Source of the DNA: Candidatus Paracaedibacteraceae bacterium | Lineage (GTDB): Bacteria > Pseudomonadota > Alphaproteobacteria > UBA6184 | Assembly (NCBI GenBank): GCA_024236035.1 | Contig: JACKLG010000001.1 | Span: 5,839-69,838 of the forward strand | Direction: 5' to 3' | DNA: 64,000 nt | Notes under the pieces: generated by a model | The model's database searches: none | Seen by the model: only the letters and a program-made list of their open reading frames with translations | What the model was told of the DNA's origin: nothing | Shown: piece by piece, positions 20,243 to 31,975 of the stretch | Position numbering within the stretch: position 1 is the first letter of the stretch | How the letters are laid out: every line of letters begins with the position of its first letter | Position numbers and translations under genes: made by a program

Positions 20243-21643
20243 ATGAAACAAGATATCTTAGTTGTTGACGATGAGTCAGACATAAGGCGTTTAATTACGG
20301 ACATCTTAACTGATGAAGGATATAATGTAAATCAAGCAGCTTCTGGAGAGCAGACCATTGACATTATAAATTCTGCCTGCCCTCCCCATCTTATATTGTT
20401 AGATGTATGGTTAAATGACCACAAATATGATGGGCTTCAATTATTAGAACTGATATTAAAGCGTTTTCCAGATATTCCGGTAATTATGATCAGCGGCCAC
20501 AGTACAATTGAAACGGCTGTCGCAGCCTTGAGTAAAGGAGCTGTAGACTTCCTTGAAAAACCTTTTAAAACTGATCGCTTATTAATAGCAGTAGAGCGAA
20601 ATTTAGAGAATTATCAATTAAAACGTGAAAATGCTGCTTTAAAAGAAAGATTATTAATTCACGATGAAATCTTTGGTGAATCCCAAATCACGCAACGTTT
20701 AAAACTGTTGGTTTCCAAAGTAGCCCCTACTAATAGTCGGGTATTAATATCCGGCGGACATGGTGTAGGTAAAGAGGTAGTAGCCAGGGCTATTCATAAG
20801 CAATCCAGACGCGCAAATGGTCCCTTTGTTTCGTACAACTGCGCGACAAATCGTAAAGAAGATATAGAGCGTGATTTATTTGGCAGTGAAGATGGAACAA
20901 GCAGATATCAAGGATTATTAGAAAAAGCAAACAAAGGAACCTTATTTTTAGATGAGATTTCGACTCTTCCTATTTCGGTCCAAAAAAGACTTGCAAATGT
21001 TCTGCAGGAACAACGTTTTTCTCCTTTAAACTCTTCTCGAAAAATTAATTTTGATGCTCGAATTTTAACGGCATCTGCGTTTGACTTAAAACGCTTGATA
21101 GAGCATGGAAAATTTTTAGAGGATTTATTTGTTCGTATAAATTTAGTTTCAATTCGGGTACCTTTTTTGCGGGAACGCCGCGAAGAAATTGTGAAGATGT
21201 TTGAATTTTTTATGAAAGATTTGTGTCAGATTTATGGAAAAGCACCCAAAAAGTTAGCTTTAGAAACTATATCTGCTTTAGAAAATTATCATTGGCCGGG
21301 AAATGTTCGCCAACTTAAAAATTTGGTTGAGTGGCTTATTATTATGGAAAAGCATAATACTCCTGAATCACCAACGTATATTACTTTAAAAGATCTACCC
21401 CCAGAAATTTCAGGGGCTACGCCGATTCAAGTAAATTGGATGAAAGGGTTGGATATAATGTCCCTTCCCTTACGTGAAGCACGGGAACTGTTTGAACGTC
21501 ATTATTTAAGTTCACAAATTAATCGCTTTTCAGGCAATATTTCCCAAACAGCAAGCTTTGTTGGAATGGAACGTTCAGCCTTGCACCGCAAGTTAAAAAG
21601 CTTACAACTTACGGATAACAACAAAAACGCTGAAGTTATCTGA
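20243..21643 (+). CDS. ntrX: Response regulator NtrX (REC-AAA+-HTH, no GAFTGA loop)
   Basis: VVDDE, LLDVW, ISGH, GVGKE, WPGNVRQL, ISQTASFVGMERSALHRKLK. Confidence 0.95.
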   Translation: MKQDILVVDDESDIRRLITDILTDEGYNVNQAASGEQTIDIINSACPPHLILLDVWLNDHKYDGLQLLELILKRFPDIPVIMISGHSTIETAVAALSKGAVDFLEKPFKTDRLLIAVERNLENYQLKRENAALKERLLIHDEIFGESQITQRLKLLVSKVAPTNSRVLISGGHGVGKEVVARAIHKQSRRANGPFVSYNCATNRKEDIERDLFGSEDGTSRYQGLLEKANKGTLFLDEISTLPISVQKRLANVLQEQRFSPLNSSRKINFDARILTASAFDLKRLIEHGKFLEDLFVRINLVSIRVPFLRERREEIVKMFEFFMKDLCQIYGKAPKKLALETISALENYHWPGNVRQLKNLVEWLIIMEKHNTPESPTYITLKDLPPEISGATPIQVNWMKGLDIMSLPLREARELFERHYLSSQINRFSGNISQTASFVGMERSALHRKLKSLQLTDNNKNAEVI

Positions 21644-23019
21644 TGAAAGTTATTGTATGCGGAGCCGGACAAGTAGGGGCCAATGTGGCCCGATATTTAA
21701 GTGAAGAAAATATTTCTGTTTCTATTATTGACCCCTCTATTGAAGCACTTCACGAATTTAATAACATTGATATCCTAACAGTTCATGGTTCTGCTACGTA
21801 TATAAAGACCTTAGAAGCATCTGGAATAAAAGAAGCGGATGCTATTCTGGCGGTTACTCGTTCTGATGAAGTGAATATGCTAATCTGTCAATTAGCAGCC
21901 TCTTTATATAATATCCCTTTAAAAGTTGCACGAATCCGCAATCAAGAATATCTTTCTTCCAAGTGGCAGACTCTTTATTCCAACGACAAAATACCTGTAG
22001 ATATTATTATATCTCCCGAACGTGAAGTTGCTAATTACATTGCAGAAAGCCTTGCTTATACTGGCGGCTTTGATATGTTTTCATTATTTGAAGATCAGGT
22101 GGAGTCTATTTCCACATTATGTAGCCAAGATTCACCTTTGATAGGGCAACCCCATAAAATTTTATCCTTAAATTATAGCCACCTTTCTTTAAAGATTATT
22201 GCTATTGGCAGAGACCGCAAAACTATTCTTCCCAATCAAGATACCATATTTCAACCAGATGATATTTTGCATTTAATTGTAAAAAAAGACCAACTTCATG
22301 AATCTTTAGCTTTATTTGGGCATGAGCACATTGATTTATCACGTTTATTAATTATTGGTGGTGGAGCTGTGGGTTTTTCTTTGGCTAAATATTTAGAACA
22401 TGAAAATCCAGACGTAATTGTAAAAATATTAGAATCTAATAAATCCAGAGCGGAAACTATTGCGCCTAAATTAAAAAAAGCAATTGTGTTGAATGGACAA
22501 GGGTTAGATAAAGAACTGTTATTAGAAGCAAATATACATGCAACCGATACTGTGGTGAGTGTCACGAATGATGAAAATGTCAATGTTCTGATGTCTTTAT
22601 TTGCAAAAGAATTTGAAGTGAAACGAACTTTATCATTGGTTAACAGTGATACTTATATTCCCTTATCGTCTTCTTTAAAAATAAACGCCTTAATTCACCC
22701 ACACAAGATTACAATTTTATCTATATTAAAATATATTCGTAATCGACGTGATTTAAAAACTGTACATACATTACCTGACAGGTCTTGGGAATTGATGGAA
22801 ATTCAAGTACAAGAAGATGTAGAAGCCAACGGGTTATCGGTTGAAGAAGTATATAAAAAGACATATGGACATGTTGTCGCCATATGGAGAGATGAAAGCT
22901 TACATTTTCCAGACAAAGCTTTCTTATTGGCTGAAGGGGACATTGTAGCAGTCATGATTAAACATCAATACCGCCGCAAAATTGAAAATTTATTTACGTT
23001 AGATTATAAGTTTTTTTAA
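21643..23019 (+). CDS. trkA: Trk potassium uptake protein TrkA
   Basis: Two RCK units with GAGQVG and GGGAVG. Usual position after ntrX. Confidence 0.95.
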   Translation: MKVIVCGAGQVGANVARYLSEENISVSIIDPSIEALHEFNNIDILTVHGSATYIKTLEASGIKEADAILAVTRSDEVNMLICQLAASLYNIPLKVARIRNQEYLSSKWQTLYSNDKIPVDIIISPEREVANYIAESLAYTGGFDMFSLFEDQVESISTLCSQDSPLIGQPHKILSLNYSHLSLKIIAIGRDRKTILPNQDTIFQPDDILHLIVKKDQLHESLALFGHEHIDLSRLLIIGGGAVGFSLAKYLEHENPDVIVKILESNKSRAETIAPKLKKAIVLNGQGLDKELLLEANIHATDTVVSVTNDENVNVLMSLFAKEFEVKRTLSLVNSDTYIPLSSSLKINALIHPHKITILSILKYIRNRRDLKTVHTLPDRSWELMEIQVQEDVEANGLSVEEVYKKTYGHVVAIWRDESLHFPDKAFLLAEGDIVAVMIKHQYRRKIENLFTLDYKFF

Positions 23020-23177
23020 GATTTGAGACTTTACCAATAATTTGGACGCACGAATAGTGCAGGAATGAAAAAGGTCAATGGTGAAGTGAGTAGTTTTAAA
23101 GGTTAAATCATCTAATTATCCTTTAATATCCTTATGTTTACTGGTGTTTTCAGCTGTCTCCGTTCGATTAAAAAAGA

Positions 23178-23533
23178 CATGACTTCCCCATCCACAGTTT
23201 TAGTCTATGACCTCTTCAATGCGAGGCCGTGCTCAGGGTGCGCATTACCGTCACACCTCGGGAGGTACGAGTTACCGCCGTACTCGGAACTGGTCAGGTA
23301 TCGCAGACCAATGAAGCGTACCGCTCTGTTTGATCAATAGAGCAGTAATTGAGTGGATGGGGAGACATGGGTAACCGTGCATTTCTAAAATGATACCTCC
23401 TTCGTCACGGATCTTTATCCACGTACACGTATTTAACCTTTGTGTATAAGATCAAGGTATCTTTAAGCGATGCTGTTACCTGAAATGCAAAAAGACCATC
23501 CTGATAAATACAGGACGGCCTTCGTACATTCTA
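23178..23533 (-). ncRNA. Candidate structured RNA or leader, family unassigned
   Basis: GC-enriched intergenic stretch with many nested inverted repeats. G-U pairs and GNRA-type loops mostly favour the minus strand. Sigma70-like promoter lies directly upstream. Confidence 0.5.
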
Positions 23534-23539
23534 TTCTTA

Positions 23540-23567
23540 ATCATAAAAGATGATCCTAAACTGTCAA
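23540..23567 (-). promoter_or_regulatory. Sigma70-like promoter
   Basis: Minus strand TTGACA-N16-TATGAT. Confidence 0.55.
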
Positions 23568-23808
23568 GCTGTTTTTTTATGGGGTAAGTTTTTATTTGGT
23601 GATGCGCCCCCCCCTGCTGTGAGGTGGTTTGGAGAGCTGTCGGGCGCTTAGATGGAATTGAATAACGCTTCATGAGCAGGATACTACTAATATTTTTAAG
23701 AGGATAACGTAACGAGAAAAAAATGAGAGGGTGGAGTTTATTATACACAATATCTTTCATAAAGAAGTACCGATTACTTTATATATGAAGAAAAGAACCC
23801 ATAATTTT

Positions 23809-26640
23809 TTAAGATTTAAGATAAGGTTTTAAATATTTACCAGTATAGCTTTTTGAAACTTTACATATTTCTTCTGGAGTTCCCGTTGCAATAATTTGCC
23901 CCCCGCGATCACCGCCTTCTGGACCAATATCAATAATATGATCTGCTGTTTTTATGACTTCTAAGTTATGTTCAATTACTAATATTGTATTGCCCTGGGT
24001 GACTAATTCTTGCAATACCGATAACAGCTGTTCGATATCGTGATAGTGCAAACCAGTAGTTGGTTCATCCAAAATATATAAAGTCTGGCCGGTTGCACGT
24101 TTTGATAATTCTTTTGATAGTTTTATACGTTGGGCTTCCCCGCCTGATAAGGTTGTGGCACGCTGACCAATCTGAATGTAACCTAACCCAACTCTTTCCA
24201 AAGTTTCCAACTTACGACGAATTGTGGGCACGTTTTCAAAGAACACCACACCGTCTTCCACGGTCATTTCTAAAACATCTGCAATGGATTTATCTTTGTA
24301 TTTTACTTCCAAGGTTTCGCGGTTATAACGCCTGCCCTTACATTGATCACATTCAACATATACATCAGGAAGGAAATGCATTTCTATTTTTAACACGCCG
24401 TCCCCTTGGCATGATTCACAGCGCCCACCTTTAACGTTAAAAGAAAATCTTCCTGCTTTGTATCCGCGTGCTTTTGCTTCTGGTAACCCCGCAAACCAAT
24501 CACGTATATGGTTAAAACATCCTGTGTATGTGGCAGGGTTAGAACGAGGAGTACGTCCAATAGGCGATTGATCAATATCGATCACCTTATCAATATGTTC
24601 TATCCCTTTAATTGCTTTATGATTACCTGGGGTATCAGATGCTTTATAAAAATGCTTTGCCAATGCTTTGTAAAGTGTGGCAATCACCAACGAAGATTTT
24701 CCCCCACCGCTAACCCCTGTTACACAGGTTAATGTGCCCAGAGGAATATCTACATTTACATTTTTTAGGTTGTTATGTTTGGCCCCTTCTATACGAAGTT
24801 TTTTTCCATTGCCGTTCCTTCGTTCTGGAGGAAAAGGAATGGATTTGCGTCCTGATAAAAATGCCCCTGTTAGGCTGTTGGTGTCTTTCATCACATCTTG
24901 AGGCGTACCTTGGGATACAATTGTTCCCCCGTGAACACCTGCAAATGGGCCCATATCAATTAAATAATCACACGTTTTCATGGTATCTTCATCATGTTCA
25001 ACCACAATGACTGTATTATCTAAATCCCGCAAATGTTTAAGGGTTGCGATCAATTGATCATTATCCCGCTGATGAAGTCCAATTGAAGGTTCGTCTAATA
25101 CATATAACACGCCTGTTAAGCCTGAACCGATTTGTGATGCCAAACGAATTCGTTGGCTTTCTCCCCCAGATAACGTACCTGCTTTTCGCGATAACGTTAG
25201 ATAATTTAATCCCACATTTACTAAGAAGCTTAAACGATCTTTAATTTCTTTTAAAATTCGGTGTGCAATTTCTTTTTGCTTTTCAGTCAGTTTAGATTCT
25301 AATGTTTCTGCCCACTGGTGAGCCTCTTCAATAGATAAAAGTGTAATTTCCCCAATATGCATATCGTTAATTTTGACTGCCCTGGCTTTTTCATTTAAAC
25401 GCCACCCATTGCACGTTTCACACGGCAATGCTTTTTGATACTTTGAAAGTTCATCCCGAATCATGTCACTTTCTGTATCTTTATACCGTCTGTCAAAATA
25501 AGACAGTAATCCTTCGTATGGTTTACTTTTCTGATACGTTCCACTGCCAGAAAAATCAAACGAAAATAATATTTTTTCTGATGTCCCATGCAGCAATGCT
25601 TTTTTTAAACTTTCGGGCACATCTTTGTATGGAATAGATGGATCAATTTTAAAATGTTGGGCAAGGCTGATTAATATGCCTTTATAATATCCGGCTTTGT
25701 CGGTGTTCCATACGCTAACTGCATCTACGAATGGTAACGAATGATCGGGGACTAATAAATCTGCATCAAATACAACTTTTTCCCCTAACCCATCACAAGT
25801 TTCACATGCACCGTGGGGGCTGTTAAATGAAAATAATCTGGGTTCAATTTCAGGAATAGTAAACCCGGATACGGGGCAGGCAAAGTTTGCAGAAAACATT
25901 TGTCTGTCATTGGTAACAGCATCTTGTACATATATAAGCCCATGGCCTATTTCTAAAGCGGTTTCTAAGGTGTCAGCCAATCGGGTTTCAATACCTGATT
26001 TCATAACTAATCGATCGATGACCACTTCAATATCATGGCGAATATTTTTTTCAAGGGCAGGTACTTCGTCTAACGTGTATAAAGTCCCATCCACAATAAC
26101 ACGTAAGAAACCTTTTTTATGAAGTTCTTGCAGTTCTTTTTTAAACTCACCTTTTTTTCCTCTGGCAATGGGGGCTAAAATATAAAACTTCCACCCTTCA
26201 TCATGGGTCATAATACGGTCCACCATTTGAGAAACCGTTTGACTTTCAATGGGTTTTCCCGTTGCCGGAGAGTAAGGAATACCTACGCGTGCATATAAAA
26301 GTCGTAAGTAATCATAAATTTCTGTAACGGTAGCAACGGTAGATCGTGGGTTTTTGGATGTTGTTTTTTGTTCAATAGAAATCGCCGGAGAAAGGCCTTC
26401 TATTAAATCCACATCTGGTTTTTCCATTAATTGTAAAAATTGACGGGCATAGGCCGATAGGCTTTCAACGTATCGGCGCTGTCCCTCTGCGTAGATAGTA
26501 TCAAACGCGAGGGAGGATTTGCCTGATCCGCTGACGCCAGTGATTACAACCAACTTACCTTTGGGAATATCGAGGTTAATATTTTTTAGGTTGTGTTCAC
26601 GAGCGCCACGAATATGGATAAATTTTGTGGGGTCATACAT
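23809..26640 (-). CDS. uvrA: Excinuclease ABC subunit A
   Basis: [18 protein letters not shown], two LSGGE signatures, zinc-finger CxxC pairs. Confidence 0.99.
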   Translation of the reverse strand: MYDPTKFIHIRGAREHNLKNINLDIPKGKLVVITGVSGSGKSSLAFDTIYAEGQRRYVESLSAYARQFLQLMEKPDVDLIEGLSPAISIEQKTTSKNPRSTVATVTEIYDYLRLLYARVGIPYSPATGKPIESQTVSQMVDRIMTHDEGWKFYILAPIARGKKGEFKKELQELHKKGFLRVIVDGTLYTLDEVPALEKNIRHDIEVVIDRLVMKSGIETRLADTLETALEIGHGLIYVQDAVTNDRQMFSANFACPVSGFTIPEIEPRLFSFNSPHGACETCDGLGEKVVFDADLLVPDHSLPFVDAVSVWNTDKAGYYKGILISLAQHFKIDPSIPYKDVPESLKKALLHGTSEKILFSFDFSGSGTYQKSKPYEGLLSYFDRRYKDTESDMIRDELSKYQKALPCETCNGWRLNEKARAVKINDMHIGEITLLSIEEAHQWAETLESKLTEKQKEIAHRILKEIKDRLSFLVNVGLNYLTLSRKAGTLSGGESQRIRLASQIGSGLTGVLYVLDEPSIGLHQRDNDQLIATLKHLRDLDNTVIVVEHDEDTMKTCDYLIDMGPFAGVHGGTIVSQGTPQDVMKDTNSLTGAFLSGRKSIPFPPERRNGNGKKLRIEGAKHNNLKNVNVDIPLGTLTCVTGVSGGGKSSLVIATLYKALAKHFYKASDTPGNHKAIKGIEHIDKVIDIDQSPIGRTPRSNPATYTGCFNHIRDWFAGLPEAKARGYKAGRFSFNVKGGRCESCQGDGVLKIEMHFLPDVYVECDQCKGRRYNRETLEVKYKDKSIADVLEMTVEDGVVFFENVPTIRRKLETLERVGLGYIQIGQRATTLSGGEAQRIKLSKELSKRATGQTLYILDEPTTGLHYHDIEQLLSVLQELVTQGNTILVIEHNLEVIKTADHIIDIGPEGGDRGGQIIATGTPEEICKVSKSYTGKYLKPYLKS

Positions 26641-27808
26641 GCGTCCATTCCTTTTCTACGGAATTTAAAGTTTGCGATTGAATACCTTTACGGATGTCTG
26701 CCATTAATCGATTCATAAATGAAACATTATGTATTGTCAACAATTGTAAAGCTAACAGCTCTTTTGCTTTTAAAAGGTAATGTATATATCCTTTTGTAAA
26801 ATGTGCACATGTATGACAGCTGCAATCAGGTTCAATCGGTTCCGCAGAAGTTTTGTAAGACGCATTATTTAAATTAATATGTTCACGCGTTGGATGAAGG
26901 TTATGTTTTGCTTTTACTAAAGCCCCACCATGACGCGCTAAACGTGTGGGATGCACGCAATCAAATGTATCGATACCAAATCGCACCCCGTTAAAAATGT
27001 CACTGACACCGCCGATGCCAAGCAAATGTACAGGGCGGTCACGTCGAAGGGTGGCCATAGCAATACCCACAACGTCATGCATTTGTTCTTTGTTTTGACC
27101 CAAAGAACCGCCTACCGCAATACCAAAGAAATCATGTTCATTTACAAATTCACAGCTTTCAATGCGTAAATCGGGATAAATACCACCTTGAACAATTCCA
27201 TACACTTTTTGGCGGCCATTATCATGACGTTTAAATTCAGCCAAACTACGTTGCCCCCAACGATGGCTCATTCGCATAGATGCAGCCGTATAATTTTTAT
27301 CTACATGGAAAGGGGTACATTCATCCAACATTACGGCAAAATCAACACCCAACTTACGTTGTACTTCCATCGATTTTTCCGGCGTTAAAAAATGTACTTG
27401 GCCATCTAAATACGATTTAAATTTTGCACCTTCTTCCGTAATATGCAAAAGAGTTTTAGGACGTTTAGTATCCCTGCGCCCTTTAATTTCTGCAGCAACG
27501 GAACCATGCCCCAAGCTAAAAATTTGAAAACCACCTGAATCCGTTAACAACGGTCCATCCCAACCCATAAATTTATGAAGGCCACCCATTTTTTCAATAT
27601 GATCAGCACCGGGGTTTAGCATTAAATGATACGTATTCGAAAGAATAAATTGTGTGCCTTCCATCTTCATTTGGGAAGGCAGCACACCTTTAATAGCCCC
27701 TTTGGTAGCACAAAAAATAAAATTTGGAGTTTCAACAACACCATGTGGGGAACATAACTCTCCACAACGGGCGTTTTCATAGGTATGGGTAATATGAAAA
27801 TTGAACAT
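26633..27808 (-). CDS. tgt: tRNA-guanine transglycosylase
   Basis: [30 protein letters not shown], CxCxxC...H zinc site. The ORF extends to 27844; ATG 27808 preferred. Confidence 0.96.
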   Translation of the reverse strand: MFNFHITHTYENARCGELCSPHGVVETPNFIFCATKGAIKGVLPSQMKMEGTQFILSNTYHLMLNPGADHIEKMGGLHKFMGWDGPLLTDSGGFQIFSLGHGSVAAEIKGRRDTKRPKTLLHITEEGAKFKSYLDGQVHFLTPEKSMEVQRKLGVDFAVMLDECTPFHVDKNYTAASMRMSHRWGQRSLAEFKRHDNGRQKVYGIVQGGIYPDLRIESCEFVNEHDFFGIAVGGSLGQNKEQMHDVVGIAMATLRRDRPVHLLGIGGVSDIFNGVRFGIDTFDCVHPTRLARHGGALVKAKHNLHPTREHINLNNASYKTSAEPIEPDCSCHTCAHFTKGYIHYLLKAKELLALQLLTIHNVSFMNRLMADIRKGIQSQTLNSVEKEWTHV

Positions 27809-27914
27809 GGATGCTTGGTTATTACGCTGGGTTGGTTGTATCATTAATCCACGTTAGATGCAAGGGAACTAATTGACTTTAATAAGCATATTTATTATGG
27901 TGAGTCAGGTCTCT

Positions 27915-27991
27915 GCACCCGTAGCTCAGCTGGATAGAGCGTTACCCTCCGGAGGTAAAGGTCGTGGGTTCGAATCCCGCCGGGTGCGCCA
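27915..27991 (+). tRNA. tRNA-Arg (CCG)
   Basis: GCACCCG...CGGGTGC-G-CCA. Anticodon arm TTACC-CT-CCG-GA-GGTAA. Confidence 0.98.
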
Positions 27992-28095
27992 TGGTTTATT
28001 TAGACATAATTTGAATATTTTTTAGTAACTGACACAATCTATTATATTACTCTTGGCTTATAAAACAACGACTGAACCACATATTTTTAGATAAA

Positions 28096-28130
28096 AAAAC
28101 CTCTCCTTAAGATCATCAAGGAGAGGTTTT
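28096..28130. terminator. Bidirectional intrinsic terminator
   Basis: AAAACCTCTCCTT / AAGGAGAGGTTTT. Confidence 0.8.
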
Positions 28131-28148
28131 GCTAAAATAAAAATTAGA

Positions 28149-28787
28149 TTACATTTGGTATCCAAATACAAAGGCTATACGATCGCTAACAAGTGCAAGA
28201 TCTGCTTTTGTTGCTTCACCTTCGTTTTTATGGGAAAGAGAACGTTGGTATTCGTAAAATGCACCAGCCATCCAATTACCTTTTAATTTAAAATCTACCC
28301 CTACACGTCCATGCCATGTAAATACTAATTCATTTTTGCCATCAGCGTTTTTGGGGAAATGTGCATGATGCCCCTGTAATTTAGGTGTATCTGTAAATGC
28401 ATATAATGCCCCCATACCACCACCAGCGTAAAGCATCATATTACAACGCGCAAATCCTAAACGAACTGTTAGTTTAGGATCATACACAAAACTGAATTTA
28501 TTTTCGTCAGCGGCAGACATTACACCGGACATACCTAATAAAGTAGCATCAACACCACCATAAAAGCTGCCACCAAATACTTTACCCCAACCGCCTGCAA
28601 CACCAAGATGCATTAAACGATCACTGGAACCATCTTTTTTCTCAGATAAATCTTTATTTTCTTTGTGGCTGTGACCACCCCCCATAAGGGCAAGGTCAGT
28701 TCTCACGTAAAATCCATTCCACCCTGCTGCAGATACATCTGATAAACTCAATACAGCTGCTGCTGTTACTAATAATTTTGTTTTCAT
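28149..28787 (-). CDS. Small outer-membrane beta-barrel protein (OmpA-membrane/Omp25-like)
   Basis: Sec signal, WNGFYV start, amphipathic strands (YAGGGMG, GRVGVDFKL, AFYEYQ). Confidence 0.8.
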   Translation of the reverse strand: MKTKLLVTAAAVLSLSDVSAAGWNGFYVRTDLALMGGGHSHKENKDLSEKKDGSSDRLMHLGVAGGWGKVFGGSFYGGVDATLLGMSGVMSAADENKFSFVYDPKLTVRLGFARCNMMLYAGGGMGALYAFTDTPKLQGHHAHFPKNADGKNELVFTWHGRVGVDFKLKGNWMAGAFYEYQRSLSHKNEGEATKADLALVSDRIAFVFGYQM

Positions 28788-28874
28788 ATAATCACCTATA
28801 ATTAATATAAATAGATCATATAAGGTTTTAGCATAAAATGCTATCTTACTTGGAATTTTCTTAGAAGGTGAGCA

Positions 28875-29891
28875 TTAATTGCAACGGTTAACGACAAAAT
28901 ACGTCAAATCAATTAGGGTCTTTTTTAGTGAGGAGTTTTTAAAAACGCTTAATGCTTCTCTTGCTTGTTCAGCAAAATTATATGCATTTTTTTCGATGAC
29001 CGAAAATACATTTGCTTGAATCAGCAAACCTCTAACCCATTGAAAATCAACCTTACTGCGGTCAAGGTTGGTAATAACGGCTGTCAGCTTTTCTAGCAGC
29101 TTTGGATTCGTTTCTATTTTTTCATATAAAATAATAATTGGCAGGGTTACTTGGCCTTCAAAAAAATCATTTCCTATCTGTTTACCTAACACAGGTTCAT
29201 CCGCGGTATAATCTAACATGTCATCGATTAACTGAAAGGCCATCCCTATATTATGGGCATACACCCTTAGGGCATTTATTTGTTCAGAACTGGCATTTGC
29301 CGCCAACGCCCCTAATTCTAACGCAGCACCAAACAATACCGCCGTTTTGGCTTCAATAATTGTAAAATAGTCTTCCTTCGATACAAAAGATTTAGCTTTC
29401 GTTCCTAGCTGCAAAACTTCCCCTTCTATAATTTTTTGGGAAGCTTCAACCATTAACTTCAGGACATCCAAAGCACCATCTTCTACTAATAGTTCAAACA
29501 GCTTTGCAAACAAAAAGTCCCCTGTCAGAATGCTCATTTGATTGCCCCAAATGTGTTGGGCAGTCGGCTTTCCTCTTCGCAAGGGGCTTTCATCAATTAC
29601 GTCATCATGTAACAACGTGGCGGTATGTAAAAACTCTATACATGCAGCCAACCTAATATCGCGATCACCTTCTGTATAACCACACAAACGGGCAGCTGCC
29701 AGTGTTAAAAGAGGACGTATCCGCTTACCACCTGATTCAATAATGTGCGAACTTACCAAAGGTAATGCAGGTATAACGCTATACGCCCTTTTTTTTAGAA
29801 GCTGATCAACTTGTACAATTTTATCAGCAAATAAATCTGCCAATTCCAATAAAGGATTAGTCGTAAGACATTCGGATGCAGCTATAGACAC
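28875..29891 (-). CDS. ispB: Polyprenyl diphosphate synthase
   Basis: GGKRIRP, LLHDDVID, RRG, FQLIDDMLD. Confidence 0.92.
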   Translation of the reverse strand: MSIAASECLTTNPLLELADLFADKIVQVDQLLKKRAYSVIPALPLVSSHIIESGGKRIRPLLTLAAARLCGYTEGDRDIRLAACIEFLHTATLLHDDVIDESPLRRGKPTAQHIWGNQMSILTGDFLFAKLFELLVEDGALDVLKLMVEASQKIIEGEVLQLGTKAKSFVSKEDYFTIIEAKTAVLFGAALELGALAANASSEQINALRVYAHNIGMAFQLIDDMLDYTADEPVLGKQIGNDFFEGQVTLPIIILYEKIETNPKLLEKLTAVITNLDRSKVDFQWVRGLLIQANVFSVIEKNAYNFAEQAREALSVFKNSSLKKTLIDLTYFVVNRCN

Positions 29892-29924
29892 TGATAAGTT
29901 TACCTCTGATTATTATAAAATTTG

Positions 29925-31235
29925 TTATAAAATAAATTTTGACACATCGATATTTTGGGATAGCTTTCCGACCGTATCTTCTACATATGTTTTATCGATT
30001 GTATAGGCCTTGCCACTATTTTCAGACGCGTTAAAGCTAATGTCTTCAAATAATTTTTCCATTACAGTGTGTAAACGTCTAGCACCTATATTTTCAACAC
30101 TTTGGTTTAAGTTAAAAGCTAGCTTTGCAAGATGCTGAACTCCATCTTCGGTGAAATCAACCTTAACCCCTTCGGTTTCAATTAAAGCTTTGTATTGCTT
30201 AACCAAGCTATTTTCAGGTTCGCTTAAAATACGTACAAAATCTTCTTCTTTTAAAGGTTCTAATTCTACACGAATTGGAAGACGCCCTTGTAATTCGGGT
30301 AACAAATCAGATGGTTTTGAAACGTGAAAAGCACCTGAAGCAATAAACAGCACATGGTCGGTTTTAACAGGGCCGTGTTTTGTAGTAACAGTTGTACCTT
30401 CTAATAAAGGTAACAAGTCACGTTGGACACCTTCTCTGCTTACGCTGCCTTCTCTTTGGCCACGATTACAAATTTTGTCAATTTCATCTAAGAATACGAT
30501 GCCGTTTTGTTCTGCCTCACGAATGGCCGTTTCAGTAATAATATCTTTATCTAATAATTTATCTGATTCAATTTGGTATAATAACTTTTCTGCCTCTGCC
30601 ACTGTCACTTTACGAACTTTTGTCCGTTCCCCGCCAATTGCTTTATTAATGACTTCGGACATATCAATCATGCCCATTTGCATACTTCCCCCACCCATAT
30701 CAAACGACGAAAAGGGGTTATTATTTACTGCATCAGGGACTTCGATTTCTATTTGTTTGTCATTTAGTTGGCCAGAACGCAATCGTGAACGAAACGTATT
30801 TCGTGTTTCTTCCGATGCTTCAGCCCCCACCAACGCATTCAAAATTTTCTTCTCAGTACTTTCTTCGGCTTGAACTTTTACACTTCGGCGCAAATCCTCT
30901 TTTACTAAAGTAATGGAACATTCTAATAAATCACGTATGATTTGTTCTACATCGCGACCTACATACCCAACCTCGGTAAATTTAGTGGCTTCTACTTTTA
31001 CAAAAGGAGCATTATCAATTTTAGCCAACCGACGTGCAATTTCTGTTTTACCTACACCGGTGGAACCAATCATTAATATATTTTTAGGGCTTATTTCAAG
31101 CCGCATAGTTTCATCCAACTGTTGACGTCTCCAACGATTACGCAATGCGATAGCTACTGAACGTTTTGCATTATTTTGACCAATAATATATCTGTCTAAT
31201 TCTGAAACAATTTCTTTGGGCGTAAAGGCTTTCAT
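29925..31235 (-). CDS. hslU: ATP-dependent protease ATPase subunit HslU
   Basis: [37 protein letters not shown]. Confidence 0.98.
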   Translation of the reverse strand: MKAFTPKEIVSELDRYIIGQNNAKRSVAIALRNRWRRQQLDETMRLEISPKNILMIGSTGVGKTEIARRLAKIDNAPFVKVEATKFTEVGYVGRDVEQIIRDLLECSITLVKEDLRRSVKVQAEESTEKKILNALVGAEASEETRNTFRSRLRSGQLNDKQIEIEVPDAVNNNPFSSFDMGGGSMQMGMIDMSEVINKAIGGERTKVRKVTVAEAEKLLYQIESDKLLDKDIITETAIREAEQNGIVFLDEIDKICNRGQREGSVSREGVQRDLLPLLEGTTVTTKHGPVKTDHVLFIASGAFHVSKPSDLLPELQGRLPIRVELEPLKEEDFVRILSEPENSLVKQYKALIETEGVKVDFTEDGVQHLAKLAFNLNQSVENIGARRLHTVMEKLFEDISFNASENSGKAYTIDKTYVEDTVGKLSQNIDVSKFIL

Positions 31236-31236
31236 T

Positions 31237-31800
31237 TTACAAACTTTCTATTACAAATTTATGGCTAGTAAAGGCACATATATCCGCAGCTACATTCATA
31301 GACTGCTCCGCCATTTCTTTTAAAGGCATATCAGGGCATTTTGCATATAATGCTCTTGCTGCTGATAATGCATATGCACCGCCAGAACCAATACCTATAA
31401 TACTATCTTCAGGTTCTAATACATCCCCAGTACCAGTTAAAATTAAAGAAGTTTCTTTATCAACAACGGCCATTAATGCTTCTAAACGTCGTAAATATTT
31501 ATCGGTTCTCCAGTCTTTCGCTAATTCCACACAGGCACGCTTTAATTGGGACGGGTATTGTTCTATTTTGCCTTCCAAACGTTCATACAATGTCATTGCA
31601 TCTGCAGTAGATCCCGCAAAACCTACAATTACGTTTCCATCCGCAAGGCGTCGAACTTTATTTGCATTACTTTTTAAAATAATCGCCTGCCCCATGGTCA
31701 CTTGCCCATCCCCAGCAATCACTACTTCATTTCCTCTACGAATAGATAAAATTGTAGTCCCGTGCCAAGGACTTAAGCCGTGTAATAAGTCAGAATTCAT
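31237..31800 (-). CDS. hslV: ATP-dependent protease peptidase subunit HslV
   Basis: Short propeptide then [30 protein letters not shown] 31800 has an AAGGAAG RBS. Confidence 0.97.
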   Translation of the reverse strand: MNSDLLHGLSPWHGTTILSIRRGNEVVIAGDGQVTMGQAIILKSNANKVRRLADGNVIVGFAGSTADAMTLYERLEGKIEQYPSQLKRACVELAKDWRTDKYLRRLEALMAVVDKETSLILTGTGDVLEPEDSIIGIGSGGAYALSAARALYAKCPDMPLKEMAEQSMNVAADICAFTSHKFVIESL

Positions 31801-31975
31801 ACTATCTTCCTTAACATTTGGGTAAATTATACCTAACAATACTTGAAGATGAAAGGGGTTTCAAATAATAAATAAGGCAATCTTTAGTATAAAGTTCTAA
31901 ACACTGATTGTGTGGTTCTTATGGTTTATGGAAAGATTTTGCTTCGTATTACTTGATTAATTTAGACGCATATTT

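Noticed and set aside
23178-23533. Assignment as SRP RNA, 6S, tmRNA, RNase P, TPP riboswitch or group I intron
   Set aside because: Only fragmentary resemblances (GGTCAGGT, ACCTGA, CATAGACTA). The required partner motifs are missing.
23134-23760. ORFs 23134..23340 (+) and 23476..23760 (-) as proteins
   Set aside because: No recognisable motifs. The region is better explained by RNA structure and a promoter.
11946-28090. tRNA-Gly or tRNA-Arg as integration sites of an island or prophage
   Set aside because: No integrase and no duplicated tRNA 3' end was seen.
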